Part shown: in pieces, positions 40,373 through 51,050 of the stretch
Position numbering within the stretch: position 1 is the first letter of the stretch
Layout: the number at the start of each line of letters is the position of its first letter
DNA from: Fimbriimonadia bacterium
Lineage (GTDB): Bacteria > Armatimonadota > Fimbriimonadia > Fimbriimonadales > JABRVX01
Reading direction: 5' to 3'
Assembly: GCA_041483895.1 (NCBI GenBank)
Contig: JBGPGO010000011.1
Span: forward strand, 32,001 to 96,000
Length of the DNA: 64,000 bases
Notes under the pieces: generated by a model
Seen by the model: the letters and a program-made list of their open reading frames with translations, nothing else
Database searches by the model: none
What the model was told of the DNA's origin: nothing
Translations under genes and position numbers: made by a program

Positions 40373-40720
40373 TTATTCTCCTGGACCACCGGCCGTCTTG
40401 GCGGATTTCAGCATGGTCAAGAGCATCACCATGGGGGCCTTCGCGACAACCCTGTGGGAGAGGTTGGCGGGCATGTACGCCAAACTGCCTGCCGACGCCT
40501 CGTGGACCTCATTGCCGAGGGCCAGGGTCGCCGCTCCACTCAAGATGTGAATGATGGCGGGAACCGAAGCAGTATGCTCCGAGAGTTCCTGACCGGCATC
40601 GAACCCGAAGATGACAATCCGCACATTCTCGTTTGATACCAGCGCGCGGCTCGTGATACCATCCTTCGGGATTTCGACCTCTGCCATCAGGTCAGCAATG
40701 GTACGATTTTCGTCGGTCAT
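40373..40720 (-). CDS. Cupin domain protein
   Basis: FGFDAGQELSEHTA...MPANLSHRV. Confidence 0.88.
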   Translation of the reverse strand: MTDENRTIADLMAEVEIPKDGITSRALVSNENVRIVIFGFDAGQELSEHTASVPAIIHILSGAATLALGNEVHEASAGSLAYMPANLSHRVVAKAPMVMLLTMLKSAKTAGGPGE

Positions 40721-40773
40721 GGGCAGCCTCACAGCGATCATAGCTCAAAATGGGACGCCGGGGCGCGGCTGCT

Positions 40774-43314
40774 TTAGCCCGGCTTGTCGGCAATCTTCAC
40801 AACGATGCAACCGCGAACGGGGCGCAAACGAAGCGCCCCAAGCGACTCGGTCAGGAGACCGGTCGTATCCGGAGTAAGCGACTCGGTCAGGAGACCGGTC
40901 GTATCCAGGTGGCTGCCTCCCGGACGCAGTGCCACCATCCGACCGGCGTGGCGGAGTGCGTTCACGCGCACGGTAACCTCCGGTGTCTTTGCGAACGCCA
41001 CAACCAGAAGATGGCCGCCGGGAACTCGAAAGAGATTGGCCTTTGCCCGCCCCGACACTACCTGCACGGGATGAGCCGTAAGCACCCACTTCCGCCCGCG
41101 CAACGCGTTGAATAGGGGGCCGTAGTCCGCATACAGCTTGTCCACTTCGGGCGAGGGAAGGATCGTGTGATCGTTTCCGGGGAGGGGCACAGTTGGAAAC
41201 GCGCCCATATAAAGGTGGCGCTGGAAGTAGGCGTCGGGGTCCGGCTGCAGCGTTGCCGGCTCCGGCGTCCAACAGACCTGCGGCTTGCGGAGGCACAAGA
41301 ACGAGCAGAGATTGAGCTTATATCCTATGTTCCCAAATTCGTCGTAAACACCGTCCACGTGGCGCATCAGATCGGGCCGTTGGATCATGCAGTTGACGTA
41401 GATCACCTTGCCCGCGCGATGCATCGCAGGACCAAGGATGGAAAGCAACGAGATCCAAGACCGATAGAGACTGCGGCGCTTCCCGTCGATCCAAGTCACG
41501 CCGTCGTCCGCGTTCGGATTGAATCGAGAGAGCCAGTCCATGCGGTCGATACAAATGCCGTCGGAAGCCGGGAGCTTCTCGATGTGCCGCTTCGCTTGCT
41601 CCAAAAGGAAACTCCGATAGCCAGGATCGCCGCAATCCATCACCACCGCGCCGCCCCACGTCCACATCGGGCCGGGCGTCCGTAGGATCGCGCCAGGGAA
41701 TCGATCGATGAGAAAACCGGTCGGATCATCCCAGCCGGACGGGTGTGCCCTGTCTCGCTTGGGCGGCAGCTCGATGTTCCCGCCAAATTCGGTCACGTTG
41801 AAGTAGTTGAGGACGTGGAAACCAGAGGCGCGCATCTGCTTAGAGTAGGCCGCCATCTGCCGCAGGGACGTCTTTCCGTACCGCCCCTCATCCGCCGATC
41901 CGTAAGACCCGCCTCCGCCGCCGGCAAATCGGTTCCATTCCTGGTCGTCCGAGGTGACGGGCGGCAGGAAGAGGCCCATGAACGGGAAATCAAGACTGGC
42001 CTTCCAGTTCATCGAAAACCCCATCGCATGGAGTTTGGCCGCATCGAGCGGACCCTCATAACCGGAGTAGGCGCCCCCGCCTCCCACCTCGTAAGTGCGT
42101 GGATTCGGCGGATCGAAGAACTTGGGGTATCGCTTTGCGATCCATCCGAGCGCGCAACGCGGATCGGCCGGGTGTGGCACGAGGTCCATTACAAATTGGA
42201 CATCGTGGTCGCCGAGACGCAAGAATGCGCGAGAGAACGATAGGTCCCACCGCTTGCCGCGCGCGGCCGTCGCGAGCTTCATTTCGATGAGTGTGTCCTC
42301 CGGCGACTCGATGAGACTTAGCGCGCGATCTCCATCCAGGATGGTCATGAGGGGCAATGAGAAACCGTCGTCGCGAGAAAAAAAGCCGCCGTAGTCGAGT
42401 GTCATTTCGCGGAACGGCTTGGGAATGAGCGGATCTTCCCACGCCGCTCCATGCCCCCATGCTGTCCAGAAACGCGTGCCCGACCCCGCCGGCCAGAAGA
42501 GATGGGTATCGACCGGCGTGCTCCAGTTCTTGCTTGACGTATGAATTTTGACCGTCCATCTTATGCTGGACTCGGTCGGGCGAAAACTCTCCGTGACAAC
42601 GCACGCTCTGCCGCCGCAGACTGTGTCGCGGATAAATAAAAGCTCGCCCGACTTCCGGCGCGCCACCTTGGTCTTGCCATTTCGCGCCTCGCCGAAGAGA
42701 GTTGAAAAGCCCGACGCCCGCACCCCCCGGCGACCCAAATTGAGGCCGACGACCTGACCGTCCTTGGAAAGAGCTACGCGGAGACCCTTCGTTCGTACCG
42801 CATAAACCTCTTTTGCTGTGACGTGCGCGGGCGGTGTTGGTCCATCGCCTATCAGCGTCGGATCGCACCAGTCGGCGTGGTCAGCGTAGATTCCATCTCC
42901 CGCGTCCGTCACAACGAGACGCAAGGTCTGCACTCCCAGAATGTCGAGGTCCACTTGCCTTGCCGAATCATTGGGCCGCATGACGCCGCTGTCGAATCGC
43001 TTTTTGCCATCCGTGAACACGAGGAATTGGACGGAGCCGCGGGGATAGTCCTTCGTGAACGCATCCATGCCGACCCAGGCCGTGAAGCGTCGATACGCTC
43101 CTCCGATGAGATAGACAAGGTCGCTCCTCGCGTGGGTGCCGATGCCGTGCTCAAACGGTCGATCGCCAATCTGCAGCTTCCCACCGCTGACGCTCTTATC
43201 GACTCCGAGAGTCCCCCAACCTTGCTCGGCCATCCGGGGATTCACGTGTTCAAGTCTGGCTGCATGTGTAGCGGCGGCGAAAATGACGACAGGGATCATG
43301 GCGAGGAACCTCAT
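40774..43314 (-). CDS. Secreted NPCBM/NEW2 domain protein with uncharacterised glycoside hydrolase-like catalytic region
   Basis: QGWGTLGVDKSV...HGIGTHA...DAGDGIYADHADW (NPCBM); C-terminal TIM-barrel-like YFNVTEFG, DGICIDRMDW, DGVYDE. Confidence 0.75.
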   Translation of the reverse strand: MRFLAMIPVVIFAAATHAARLEHVNPRMAEQGWGTLGVDKSVSGGKLQIGDRPFEHGIGTHARSDLVYLIGGAYRRFTAWVGMDAFTKDYPRGSVQFLVFTDGKKRFDSGVMRPNDSARQVDLDILGVQTLRLVVTDAGDGIYADHADWCDPTLIGDGPTPPAHVTAKEVYAVRTKGLRVALSKDGQVVGLNLGRRGVRASGFSTLFGEARNGKTKVARRKSGELLFIRDTVCGGRACVVTESFRPTESSIRWTVKIHTSSKNWSTPVDTHLFWPAGSGTRFWTAWGHGAAWEDPLIPKPFREMTLDYGGFFSRDDGFSLPLMTILDGDRALSLIESPEDTLIEMKLATAARGKRWDLSFSRAFLRLGDHDVQFVMDLVPHPADPRCALGWIAKRYPKFFDPPNPRTYEVGGGGAYSGYEGPLDAAKLHAMGFSMNWKASLDFPFMGLFLPPVTSDDQEWNRFAGGGGGSYGSADEGRYGKTSLRQMAAYSKQMRASGFHVLNYFNVTEFGGNIELPPKRDRAHPSGWDDPTGFLIDRFPGAILRTPGPMWTWGGAVVMDCGDPGYRSFLLEQAKRHIEKLPASDGICIDRMDWLSRFNPNADDGVTWIDGKRRSLYRSWISLLSILGPAMHRAGKVIYVNCMIQRPDLMRHVDGVYDEFGNIGYKLNLCSFLCLRKPQVCWTPEPATLQPDPDAYFQRHLYMGAFPTVPLPGNDHTILPSPEVDKLYADYGPLFNALRGRKWVLTAHPVQVVSGRAKANLFRVPGGHLLVVAFAKTPEVTVRVNALRHAGRMVALRPGGSHLDTTGLLTESLTPDTTGLLTESLGALRLRPVRGCIVVKIADKPG
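40842..40908 (-). repeat. Two family E hairpin repeats inside the 3' end of the NPCBM gene
   Basis: GCGACTCGGTCAGGAGACCGGTCGTATCC twice at 36-nt period; encodes DTTGLLTESL twice. Confidence 0.9.
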
Positions 43315-43410
43315 GTGATTGCGATTCGCCGCTTGGTGTTAGACCCCTGCCTCGATGTTGGCTGGGTATCAACCAGGTCAGTCGGCGTCAGCGCATGGTA
43401 AGATCGGTGC

Positions 43411-44664
43411 ATGATGGCCTGCATTGCGCTCATCGTCGCATTGGCAGTCGGGTCCGTCGCGAACGACGGGGACACTCATTTGGAATGGTTTCGCAACGCC
43501 CGAATCGGCATGTTCATCCATTGGGGACCAGTGATCCTAAAGGGTACGGAGATTGGGTGGTCTCGCGGAGACCAGGTTCCAACCGAGGAGTACGACAGCC
43601 TCTACCGGCGATTCAATCCGACGAAGTTCGATGCGGACGCTTGGATGAAGCTTGCAAAAGACGCGGGAATGCGCTATGTAGTCCCGACGGCAAAGCATCA
43701 TGACGGCTTCTGTCTCTGGCCTTCGAATCAGACGGACTATACGATTGCGCACACTCCCTTCAAGCGCGACGTGATGGCTGAGATCGCTCGGGCGGCGAAG
43801 AGGCATGGGATCGCGATGTGCTCGTACTACTCGATCCTCGACTGGCACCATCCGCTGTATGGCACGGACAGCCCAGGCGGGTCGGCGCCCAAGCCGCATC
43901 CCGACATGCCGGCCTACATGAAGTACGTGAAGGCACAGCTCACCGAGCTTGTCCAAAACTACGGCCTGAAGATGCTCTGGTTCGACGGGCAATGGGAAGC
44001 GCCATATACTCCCGAGATGGCAAAGGACCTGCGTGATTTTCTTCGACAGCTAAAGCCCGACCTCGTGGTCAATAACCGCGTTGGAAAGCTGGCTGCGGAC
44101 GGCGACTATGACACGCCGGAGCAAGTGGTGGGCGGCTTCCAGCGTGGCCGAGCCTGGGAAACTTGCATGACCCTTTGCCAACAGTGGGCGTGGAAGCCGA
44201 ACGATACGCTAAAGTCTTTCGACGAGGTCCTCAAAATCCTTGTGCAAACAGTAACCGGAGACGGCAACCTGCTCCTCAACGTCGGACCAACCCCGGAGGG
44301 CGAGATCGAACCTAGGCAGGCCCAGCGGCTGAGAGAGCTTGGGGCCTGGCTGAAGCGATACGGGGAAAGCGTCTACGGTACGCGCGGCGGACCGTACATG
44401 AATGGACCGTGGGGTGGCTCAACCTGCAAGGGAAAGAACGTCTACCTGCATCTCCTCAACTGGAATGGCGGCGAGATGCGCTTTCCCCCGTTGGCGGCGA
44501 AGGTCCTTCGCTCCCGGTGCTTGACGGGTGGCGATATCGATGTTCAACAGAGTCCCGAGGGACTGTCCGTCAAAGCAAGGTCTTTGGGGGCGATGCCGGT
44601 CGATACGGTTGTCAAACTCGATCTCGATCGAATAGCCTTCGAAATTGAACCGATTCGGCGGTAG
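43411..44664 (+). CDS. GH29 alpha-L-fucosidase
   Basis: WFRNARIGMFIHWG, TAKHHDGFCLW, LWFDG, WETCMT, GNLLLNVGP. Confidence 0.92.
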   Translation: MMACIALIVALAVGSVANDGDTHLEWFRNARIGMFIHWGPVILKGTEIGWSRGDQVPTEEYDSLYRRFNPTKFDADAWMKLAKDAGMRYVVPTAKHHDGFCLWPSNQTDYTIAHTPFKRDVMAEIARAAKRHGIAMCSYYSILDWHHPLYGTDSPGGSAPKPHPDMPAYMKYVKAQLTELVQNYGLKMLWFDGQWEAPYTPEMAKDLRDFLRQLKPDLVVNNRVGKLAADGDYDTPEQVVGGFQRGRAWETCMTLCQQWAWKPNDTLKSFDEVLKILVQTVTGDGNLLLNVGPTPEGEIEPRQAQRLRELGAWLKRYGESVYGTRGGPYMNGPWGGSTCKGKNVYLHLLNWNGGEMRFPPLAAKVLRSRCLTGGDIDVQQSPEGLSVKARSLGAMPVDTVVKLDLDRIAFEIEPIRR

Positions 44665-44675
44665 CCTTTAGAGAT

Positions 44676-47600
44676 ATGATTTCAGCATTGATCGGCTTTG
44701 CCCTCATCGCGACTCTTCTTCCAGACCAAGTTCTGTGGCAAATCGGTGGGGCGGCGCTCGCGTTGGCGCCAGACGGCTACCGCCTTTATCAAAGCGACGG
44801 CCTTCATATCGTCGGCCAGTCGAAGGATGTCGCGTGGCCATATGTTCTGCCCGGTCCAGTGGATGCGTGGGCCGGACATCGCAGCCACGAACATGACGTG
44901 TGGTTTGGGTTGAAACGGTTGAAGCCCGGAGCGCGCTGCCGCGTAGTCGTGCGGCTTCGGGATTCGCATTGGAGCGCCCCACCCAAAATCGCTCTCGTCG
45001 TCAACGGCAGTGTCGTCGGTCAATTCCAGACTCCGACCGGCCATAGTGACGCCTCGCTCACGGGCGACGACCGCGAGGCCTCACCGTCCGAGTGGGTCAT
45101 CCCATTGCCGACGGCCCGATTGCGAATAGGAAACAACGTTGTCGGGCTGCGCAACGGCGTCGGCAGCTGGGCGGTGATCGATAGCGTCCGGATGGAAGGC
45201 GATGGGCTGGAGCCGGCCCCTGTCCAGCCGGATGTGCTTGTCGCAGCGCAGGCTCAAGAGCAGGCAATCTACCGCACGGCGACCGGCCCCGTCCAGCGCG
45301 TCAACCTCGAGATCACGAATATCGGCCCGCCGGCAGAAGCAACCTGGAGGCTGAAGGGCGGCGCGAAAGGGACGCTCCGGCTTGCGGCGGGAAGGCAGGT
45401 TGTGTCGCTGGAGACGCCTGCCGCGAAGGCCACCGCGAAGCGCAGATGTGAACTGAAGCTCGGCAACAAGACAGTGGTCAGATCGGTTCTGATCGAGGCG
45501 ATCCGGCCGTGGAAGGTACTGCTCATCCCGCATTCGCACGTGGACGTAGGCTACACCAACTTGCAGCCGGAGGTGGAAATCATCCACAAGAACGCGATGC
45601 TCGACGCCGTGGCCCTTCATCATGAGACGCGCGCATTCCCCGACGAAGCGAGGTATCGCTTCACAGTGGAGACGATGTGGCCGCTCGAACGTTTTCTAAG
45701 CAAGGGGTCGATCGCCGAGACGCAACCGGTCCTGGATGCTATGAAGCAAGGCTGGATGGGTATCGACGCCGCGTATGGGAATTTCTGCTCGGCTTTGATG
45801 CGTCCCGAAGAGTTGATGCGAGCGTTTCGATGGGCCGGGGAGTACCGCGCCAAGTACGGACTTCCGATCAGCGTCTCCAGCCAGACGGACGCGCCGGGCG
45901 TGACGTGGGGAGCGGTGAGCGCCCTACATCAAGCGGGCCTGCGTTATCTCGTTCTTTGGCCGAATAACACCGATCGGATTGGCGGAGCGCGCAAGTTCCA
46001 CGAGGACAGACCGTTCTACTGGGTCTCGCCATCGGGGAAGGAGCGGGTACTCGTCTGGCAGATGGCCGCGTACGGCGTCGCCCATGCTCTGCGTGGTGGG
46101 CGCTTCACCGACCGATTCCACGCGTATCGTTCTGACGATCCGACGCGCGACTTCATCGAACCGTACATTTTCCCGCACCTGCGTTCGCTGGCCGATTCTG
46201 GGTACCCATACGACGTGTATGCAATGCCATGGAGCCTATCGGACAATTGTCCTATCGATGCCGACGCGCCGTATGCTGTGAGGGCTTGGAACAAGAGGTA
46301 CGTGACGCCGAGGATTGTCCTCGCGACGGCCGCCGAAGCGATGCGAGAGTTGGAGGCCAAGTACGCAAAGCGGATTCCGATCCTCCACGGCGACTACTCG
46401 CCGTATTGGGAGGACGGCGCGGGTTCGTCCGCTGCGGAAACAGCTATGAACCGTGCTTCGGCCGACCGTATCGTCCAGGCGGAATCGCTCTTCGCAATGC
46501 TGCGGCCCGCCGCGTTCCCGGCGGCAAAGGCTGGGGAGGCATGGCGCAACGTTCTACTATATTCCGAACACACCTGGGGCGCTTACAACAGCATCAGCGA
46601 ACCGGATTCGGACTTCGTGAGCAAGCAATGGGCGATCAAGCAGTCCTTCGCACGCGAAGCCGACAGACTCTCGCGAGAGTTGGTGGGAGAAGCCGTGGGC
46701 GCGGAGGCCGGTCCTGCCATGGTGGACGTGTTCAACACCAACTCTTGGTCACGGTCCGACCTCGTACTCATTGCCGCGAGCCTCTCGACGGCCGGTGACC
46801 TTGTCGAGGACGAGCGGGGTTCGCCGCTTCCTTCCCAGCGCCTCGCGTCGGGCGACCTGGCGGTTCTCGTCAAGAATGTTCCTGGATTTGGGGCGCGCAG
46901 ACTATCGATCAAGGCCGGCCGAGCGAGCGTGCCGGATCGGCCGGTCGCGGCCAAGAGTACGACGCTGTCCAGCAGCCGATACGAGATTGTTATTGAGCCG
47001 ACAACCGGCAATATTCGATCAATCAGGGATTTGCTTCTCGGAAAGGACCTGATCGATTCCAAGGCCCGCCATGGATTCAACGAATATCTGTATCTGCCGG
47101 GAGCCGATCTCAAAGACCTGAAGACCTCCCGTGGCGCAAAAGTAGCGATTGTTGAATCCGGGCCGTTGGTGGCCACACTGCGGATCACCTCCGATGCTCC
47201 CGGCGCTACGAGGCTCACGCGTGAAATCGCTCTGGTGGCGGGGCTCGATCGCATCGGCATTACCGACCAGATCGACAAGCTGCCCATTCGTGAAAAGGAG
47301 GGTGTACACTTTGCCTTTCCGTTCGCGGTTCCAGACGGTCAGATGCGCGTCGGCATTGCTTGGGGAGTCGTGCGGCCCGACCTGGACCAGATACCCGGTT
47401 CGTGCAAGGAGTGGATGAACACTCAGCGCTTCGTCGACGTATCAAACGATTCGTTCGGCGTGACATGGACCTCGCTGGACGCGCCGTTGATCGAGGTAGG
47501 CGACGTCACGGCGCGCGTTCTTGGCGCTCGCAATAACCCGGACGAATGGATGCGGCATCTGCCGAAGACGCAGACTCTCTATTCCTGGGCGCTGAACAAT

Positions 47601-48017
47601 CACTGGCACACGAACTATCGCGCGGACCAAGAAGGACTCCTCACTTTCCGGTACTGCATCGCATCGCACGGCAAGCTCGACACAAGCGCGGCGGAGCGAT
47701 TCGGCACGGAGCTCTCGCAACCGCTCGTTGTCGCGCCATCGGTGGGAGCGTCCGTCGCTGAGCCGCCGCTGGTTCTCTCGACGAACAAAGTGATCGCGAC
47801 ATCTCTCAAGCCGAGCGAGGACGGAAAGGCGCTCATTCTCCGGCTCTATGGCCCATCCGGTAAAACAGAGCGTGTCAGGCTTCGGTGGCGCAAGGGACTG
47901 CTTTCCGGCTGCTTTTTCTCGGACCTATCGGAAAGGCGCGGCGAACCGGCCGGCGAACCCGTGACAGTCCCTGGCTACGGGGTCGTTACTCTCCGCGCGG
48001 AACTGGCGCGGAACTAG
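44676..48017 (+). CDS. GH38 alpha-mannosidase-like protein with N-terminal PL4 domain III-like module
   Basis: PHSHVDVGYT, YWEDGAGS, LYSEHTWG, NNHWHTNY, KPSEDGKALILRL. Confidence 0.87.
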   Translation: MISALIGFALIATLLPDQVLWQIGGAALALAPDGYRLYQSDGLHIVGQSKDVAWPYVLPGPVDAWAGHRSHEHDVWFGLKRLKPGARCRVVVRLRDSHWSAPPKIALVVNGSVVGQFQTPTGHSDASLTGDDREASPSEWVIPLPTARLRIGNNVVGLRNGVGSWAVIDSVRMEGDGLEPAPVQPDVLVAAQAQEQAIYRTATGPVQRVNLEITNIGPPAEATWRLKGGAKGTLRLAAGRQVVSLETPAAKATAKRRCELKLGNKTVVRSVLIEAIRPWKVLLIPHSHVDVGYTNLQPEVEIIHKNAMLDAVALHHETRAFPDEARYRFTVETMWPLERFLSKGSIAETQPVLDAMKQGWMGIDAAYGNFCSALMRPEELMRAFRWAGEYRAKYGLPISVSSQTDAPGVTWGAVSALHQAGLRYLVLWPNNTDRIGGARKFHEDRPFYWVSPSGKERVLVWQMAAYGVAHALRGGRFTDRFHAYRSDDPTRDFIEPYIFPHLRSLADSGYPYDVYAMPWSLSDNCPIDADAPYAVRAWNKRYVTPRIVLATAAEAMRELEAKYAKRIPILHGDYSPYWEDGAGSSAAETAMNRASADRIVQAESLFAMLRPAAFPAAKAGEAWRNVLLYSEHTWGAYNSISEPDSDFVSKQWAIKQSFAREADRLSRELVGEAVGAEAGPAMVDVFNTNSWSRSDLVLIAASLSTAGDLVEDERGSPLPSQRLASGDLAVLVKNVPGFGARRLSIKAGRASVPDRPVAAKSTTLSSSRYEIVIEPTTGNIRSIRDLLLGKDLIDSKARHGFNEYLYLPGADLKDLKTSRGAKVAIVESGPLVATLRITSDAPGATRLTREIALVAGLDRIGITDQIDKLPIREKEGVHFAFPFAVPDGQMRVGIAWGVVRPDLDQIPGSCKEWMNTQRFVDVSNDSFGVTWTSLDAPLIEVGDVTARVLGARNNPDEWMRHLPKTQTLYSWALNNHWHTNYRADQEGLLTFRYCIASHGKLDTSAAERFGTELSQPLVVAPSVGASVAEPPLVLSTNKVIATSLKPSEDGKALILRLYGPSGKTERVRLRWRKGLLSGCFFSDLSERRGEPAGEPVTVPGYGVVTLRAELARN

Positions 48018-50779
48018 TCCTTTCCCTCACTCCGTATCGGGACATGCGGGAGGATCACATCTTTCCGGCGGCTCCCCGGTGTCACGACAAGCCTCACTAT
48101 CATGCCGCTCTTCGCCTCACACTCAACGACGGTATTGCCTGGAGCCCGAAGACGGAAGCGCGCGTCCCATTTCTTCGGCCATGCCGGCAGGACCCGAATC
48201 GCGCCGCCTTCCTCCAGCGAGTCGCACTGCAACAGCATAAGCTGGGTGGTCTCCAACAGGTTGCCGCCGTGGTTCTGGTCGGGCAGCCAGTCGAAGTTCG
48301 GGCCCCATGTCGCCGGCCAGCGGTACGCGGGGTTGGAATTGGCGCACTTGACCTGCAAAATCCGGCCCGCCTCATCGGCTAGGCCGAGCAAGGCGGCGCA
48401 ATTGCCGTCATAGCCCCATCCCACATCGAGGTGGTTGTGCCGCTTTTCGTATGCGGCAGTCGCCTCCCGCAGGAAGTGCGGGCGCGAGAGCGACACCTCG
48501 CGGTATGGCCAGATGGCGTACAGCGCCGGGTTTTCGCAGTTGGTTTCCTTGGGCTCGAATTTCTCCGCAGGTTGGAGTTGGCCCTCGCTCACCGGCAAGT
48601 CCGGGCAGGCGACTTTCATTCGGGCGAAGAACGCCCTTTGTTGGGCGGTCGTCATCGCTTCCGGCAGCCCCGTGAGCCGCCGCGTTACCGCAATCAGCCC
48701 CACTGTCGTCGGCATGTCGTTAACTACCCCCGACCAGTAGGTCTCGACAGCCTGGGCTGGGTCCAGCACGATCTTCCCGTCCTTCTTCGCGAACCGCGTG
48801 TCGAAGTAGCGCAGAACCGCCTCGGCCATCGGCAGCGCTTCCGTCTTGAGGAACTGGGAATCGCGCGTCCAGTCCCACCGGTCCAACATGAGCGAAACCA
48901 ACTCGGGACCTTGATTCCATGCGTACTGCCACCAGGGACACTGGCAATCCTTGGGTTGGAGTCCCTCCCGCTTCCAACCATAATCGCCGCCTGAATAGGT
49001 GCCGAAGACGGTCATTGTCTCCGGAAAGTACACGCCCTCGCATCCGTGATATTTCTTCGAGCGGGATTCGGCGAGCGGTACGGCCTTCTCGTACAACCTA
49101 AAGAGGGGCCGCATCATCTCGAAGTCCCCCGACATCAGCATCGGGTGATACATGTGGCGCACGTTCTGCCACCAATGGCAGTCGCCCCAATTTCGGAAGT
49201 CCGCGTTGTACGGCATCCCCATCGCCTTCGGCTCGACTGTGTAGTAGCCGCCGTTGAATTTGATGGGAAACTCCCCGCGTCCCTGGCATGCCTGAACGAA
49301 GCGCTGCAGGATATACCCTCTAGTTATCGCGGAGCCGGTCATGCCGTCGCGATGAGCGAGGCGCTTTCCATCCAGGTAGATCGCCGCTTCGGCCGTCCGG
49401 GCGTCGTACGTGGCCGCGACGTGAGTCCACCGACCGGCCTCTAAGCAATGGGGGGCCGCAAGGACGGTCTGACCGACGATCAGCCGCAGGCCGTCGCCGG
49501 GGTTGGTGTCGAACAGGAAACCGTCCGAACCACCCGCCGTCACCTTGTCAAATATCCGCCCATCCTTCAAGGAGTCGGACTTGAACCAGGCTTCCAGGGT
49601 GAGGCCTCGATCCAGATCGAGTTTCCCTCCATATTCCATATGGTTGTTGGGTTTGGGAAGGTCGGTCCCCGTCCAGGAGGCAAACCGGCCCTCCGCAATC
49701 GGCGCGACGCCGTCCTTCGATTGGAAGAGCTGTTGGACCTCGCTCTCACTCAACACACGGGTGTAGACGCTTGCCCGGCGCAGTTCACCGGGAAGGAGAT
49801 TTGAACCCGTCGATGCCGCGCCAATGCGCAGTTGGTGCATGTTCGTCGGTATGCCGCCAGAGCTGTCGCCCTCCACAAACACCCACGATCGCGACCAGAA
49901 CTCCTCCCACCACGCTTTCGTAGCAGCTTCCGATTTGGCGGCGTTGGCAGATCGCGCCTCTTCCTGTTTCAGTCCGGTCAGCCATTGATCGACTGTGTCG
50001 GTCTGTGCGGTGAATGTGGCAATCCGCAGGTCGATCGACTTGGTTTGCTTCGATACCAGTGATCGCTCCCCATGAGGCGAGAAACCTGCGCCGTTCATTC
50101 TGCCGCCGAAGGTTCGGTGGAGGATCGGATCAAAACAGCCGGGAAGGCCGGCGAGAGACTGATTCTCGAGGAGCCTTGGCACTACGGAAGTCTCATTCCG
50201 GTGATACCAAGTCACGCCTTCTCCCTTGACGAACACGTCGGGCGTTTCGACAAGCTCGAACGGCGCGTCGTGCACCGCCCAGGCGCTCCGCATTTCGCCG
50301 CCCTCCACAGTATGCGCCTTGTTTCGCCAGTTTTCCACCGACGCCCTAACGATGACGGACGTCGAAGATGAACACAAGACGTGGACGACATTCGCCTCCG
50401 AGTCTACGAACAGCCGGACCTTCAGACCGCCTCCCGAGATGACGATCGCGCCTTCGCGCAGCCGGAGTTCTTGGCGGAAAGCGCCTTGGATCAAGAGTTT
50501 TGGCTGAAAACTTACCCTGATCATTCCAAGTTTCAGGAACCGGCTGATTTCCGAAAGCGCGTCCGTACGGGCAATATGGAACAGCAGGTCTCCAGTTGAC
50601 TCTTCTACCCATGCGTTCAGCACGACCTCGCCGTTTCCCAAGGGCATGCTGCCGGCGGCATCCTGGGAAGGCGTCGCCCACACGACGTTTTGTTTATCCA
50701 GTTCGGCGGGGACCTTATCCGTCGAGAAACCGGTCATCGTCGCCATGATGGAAAGAACTGCTATCGCCAAGAGCTTCAT
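48014..50779 (-). CDS. DUF5703 domain / GH95-like six-hairpin glycosidase with inserted LamG domain
   Basis: Signal MKLLAIAVLS with SD GGAGG; GSMPLGNG, PIKFNG, WWQNVRHMY, NFDWLPDQNHGG, VLPAWPKKW; LamG WTHVAATYD. Confidence 0.8.
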   Translation of the reverse strand: MKLLAIAVLSIMATMTGFSTDKVPAELDKQNVVWATPSQDAAGSMPLGNGEVVLNAWVEESTGDLLFHIARTDALSEISRFLKLGMIRVSFQPKLLIQGAFRQELRLREGAIVISGGGLKVRLFVDSEANVVHVLCSSSTSVIVRASVENWRNKAHTVEGGEMRSAWAVHDAPFELVETPDVFVKGEGVTWYHRNETSVVPRLLENQSLAGLPGCFDPILHRTFGGRMNGAGFSPHGERSLVSKQTKSIDLRIATFTAQTDTVDQWLTGLKQEEARSANAAKSEAATKAWWEEFWSRSWVFVEGDSSGGIPTNMHQLRIGAASTGSNLLPGELRRASVYTRVLSESEVQQLFQSKDGVAPIAEGRFASWTGTDLPKPNNHMEYGGKLDLDRGLTLEAWFKSDSLKDGRIFDKVTAGGSDGFLFDTNPGDGLRLIVGQTVLAAPHCLEAGRWTHVAATYDARTAEAAIYLDGKRLAHRDGMTGSAITRGYILQRFVQACQGRGEFPIKFNGGYYTVEPKAMGMPYNADFRNWGDCHWWQNVRHMYHPMLMSGDFEMMRPLFRLYEKAVPLAESRSKKYHGCEGVYFPETMTVFGTYSGGDYGWKREGLQPKDCQCPWWQYAWNQGPELVSLMLDRWDWTRDSQFLKTEALPMAEAVLRYFDTRFAKKDGKIVLDPAQAVETYWSGVVNDMPTTVGLIAVTRRLTGLPEAMTTAQQRAFFARMKVACPDLPVSEGQLQPAEKFEPKETNCENPALYAIWPYREVSLSRPHFLREATAAYEKRHNHLDVGWGYDGNCAALLGLADEAGRILQVKCANSNPAYRWPATWGPNFDWLPDQNHGGNLLETTQLMLLQCDSLEEGGAIRVLPAWPKKWDARFRLRAPGNTVVECEAKSGMIVRLVVTPGSRRKDVILPHVPIRSEGKD

Positions 50780-51050
50780 CGAACCTCCGAGACTATTAGT
50801 ACGACGGCACGCCCTACCCTTCCCAGTCGGCAGAGGCTTCCCCGTCAACAATGAGGTTCGTGACGGATGATGGAGGCAGTGCATTTGCCATTCTCGACAA
50901 TCCTCCCCACCCCGCGACCAACTTTTGTTCATCGGGGATGCTTGGGAGGCAGTCAAAGCCGGGCCGGTTTTCGTCGTGGGAAGGAGCGTACCAATGGGAG
51001 TCGTCTCCGAGCCGGCGCGCAGGGGTGTGGATTCACTATGGTTCAACGCC

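Noticed and set aside
50780..51046. N-terminal extension of the DUF5703 ORF
   Set aside because: A signal peptide and SD occur at ATG 50779; the upstream frame is probably open by chance
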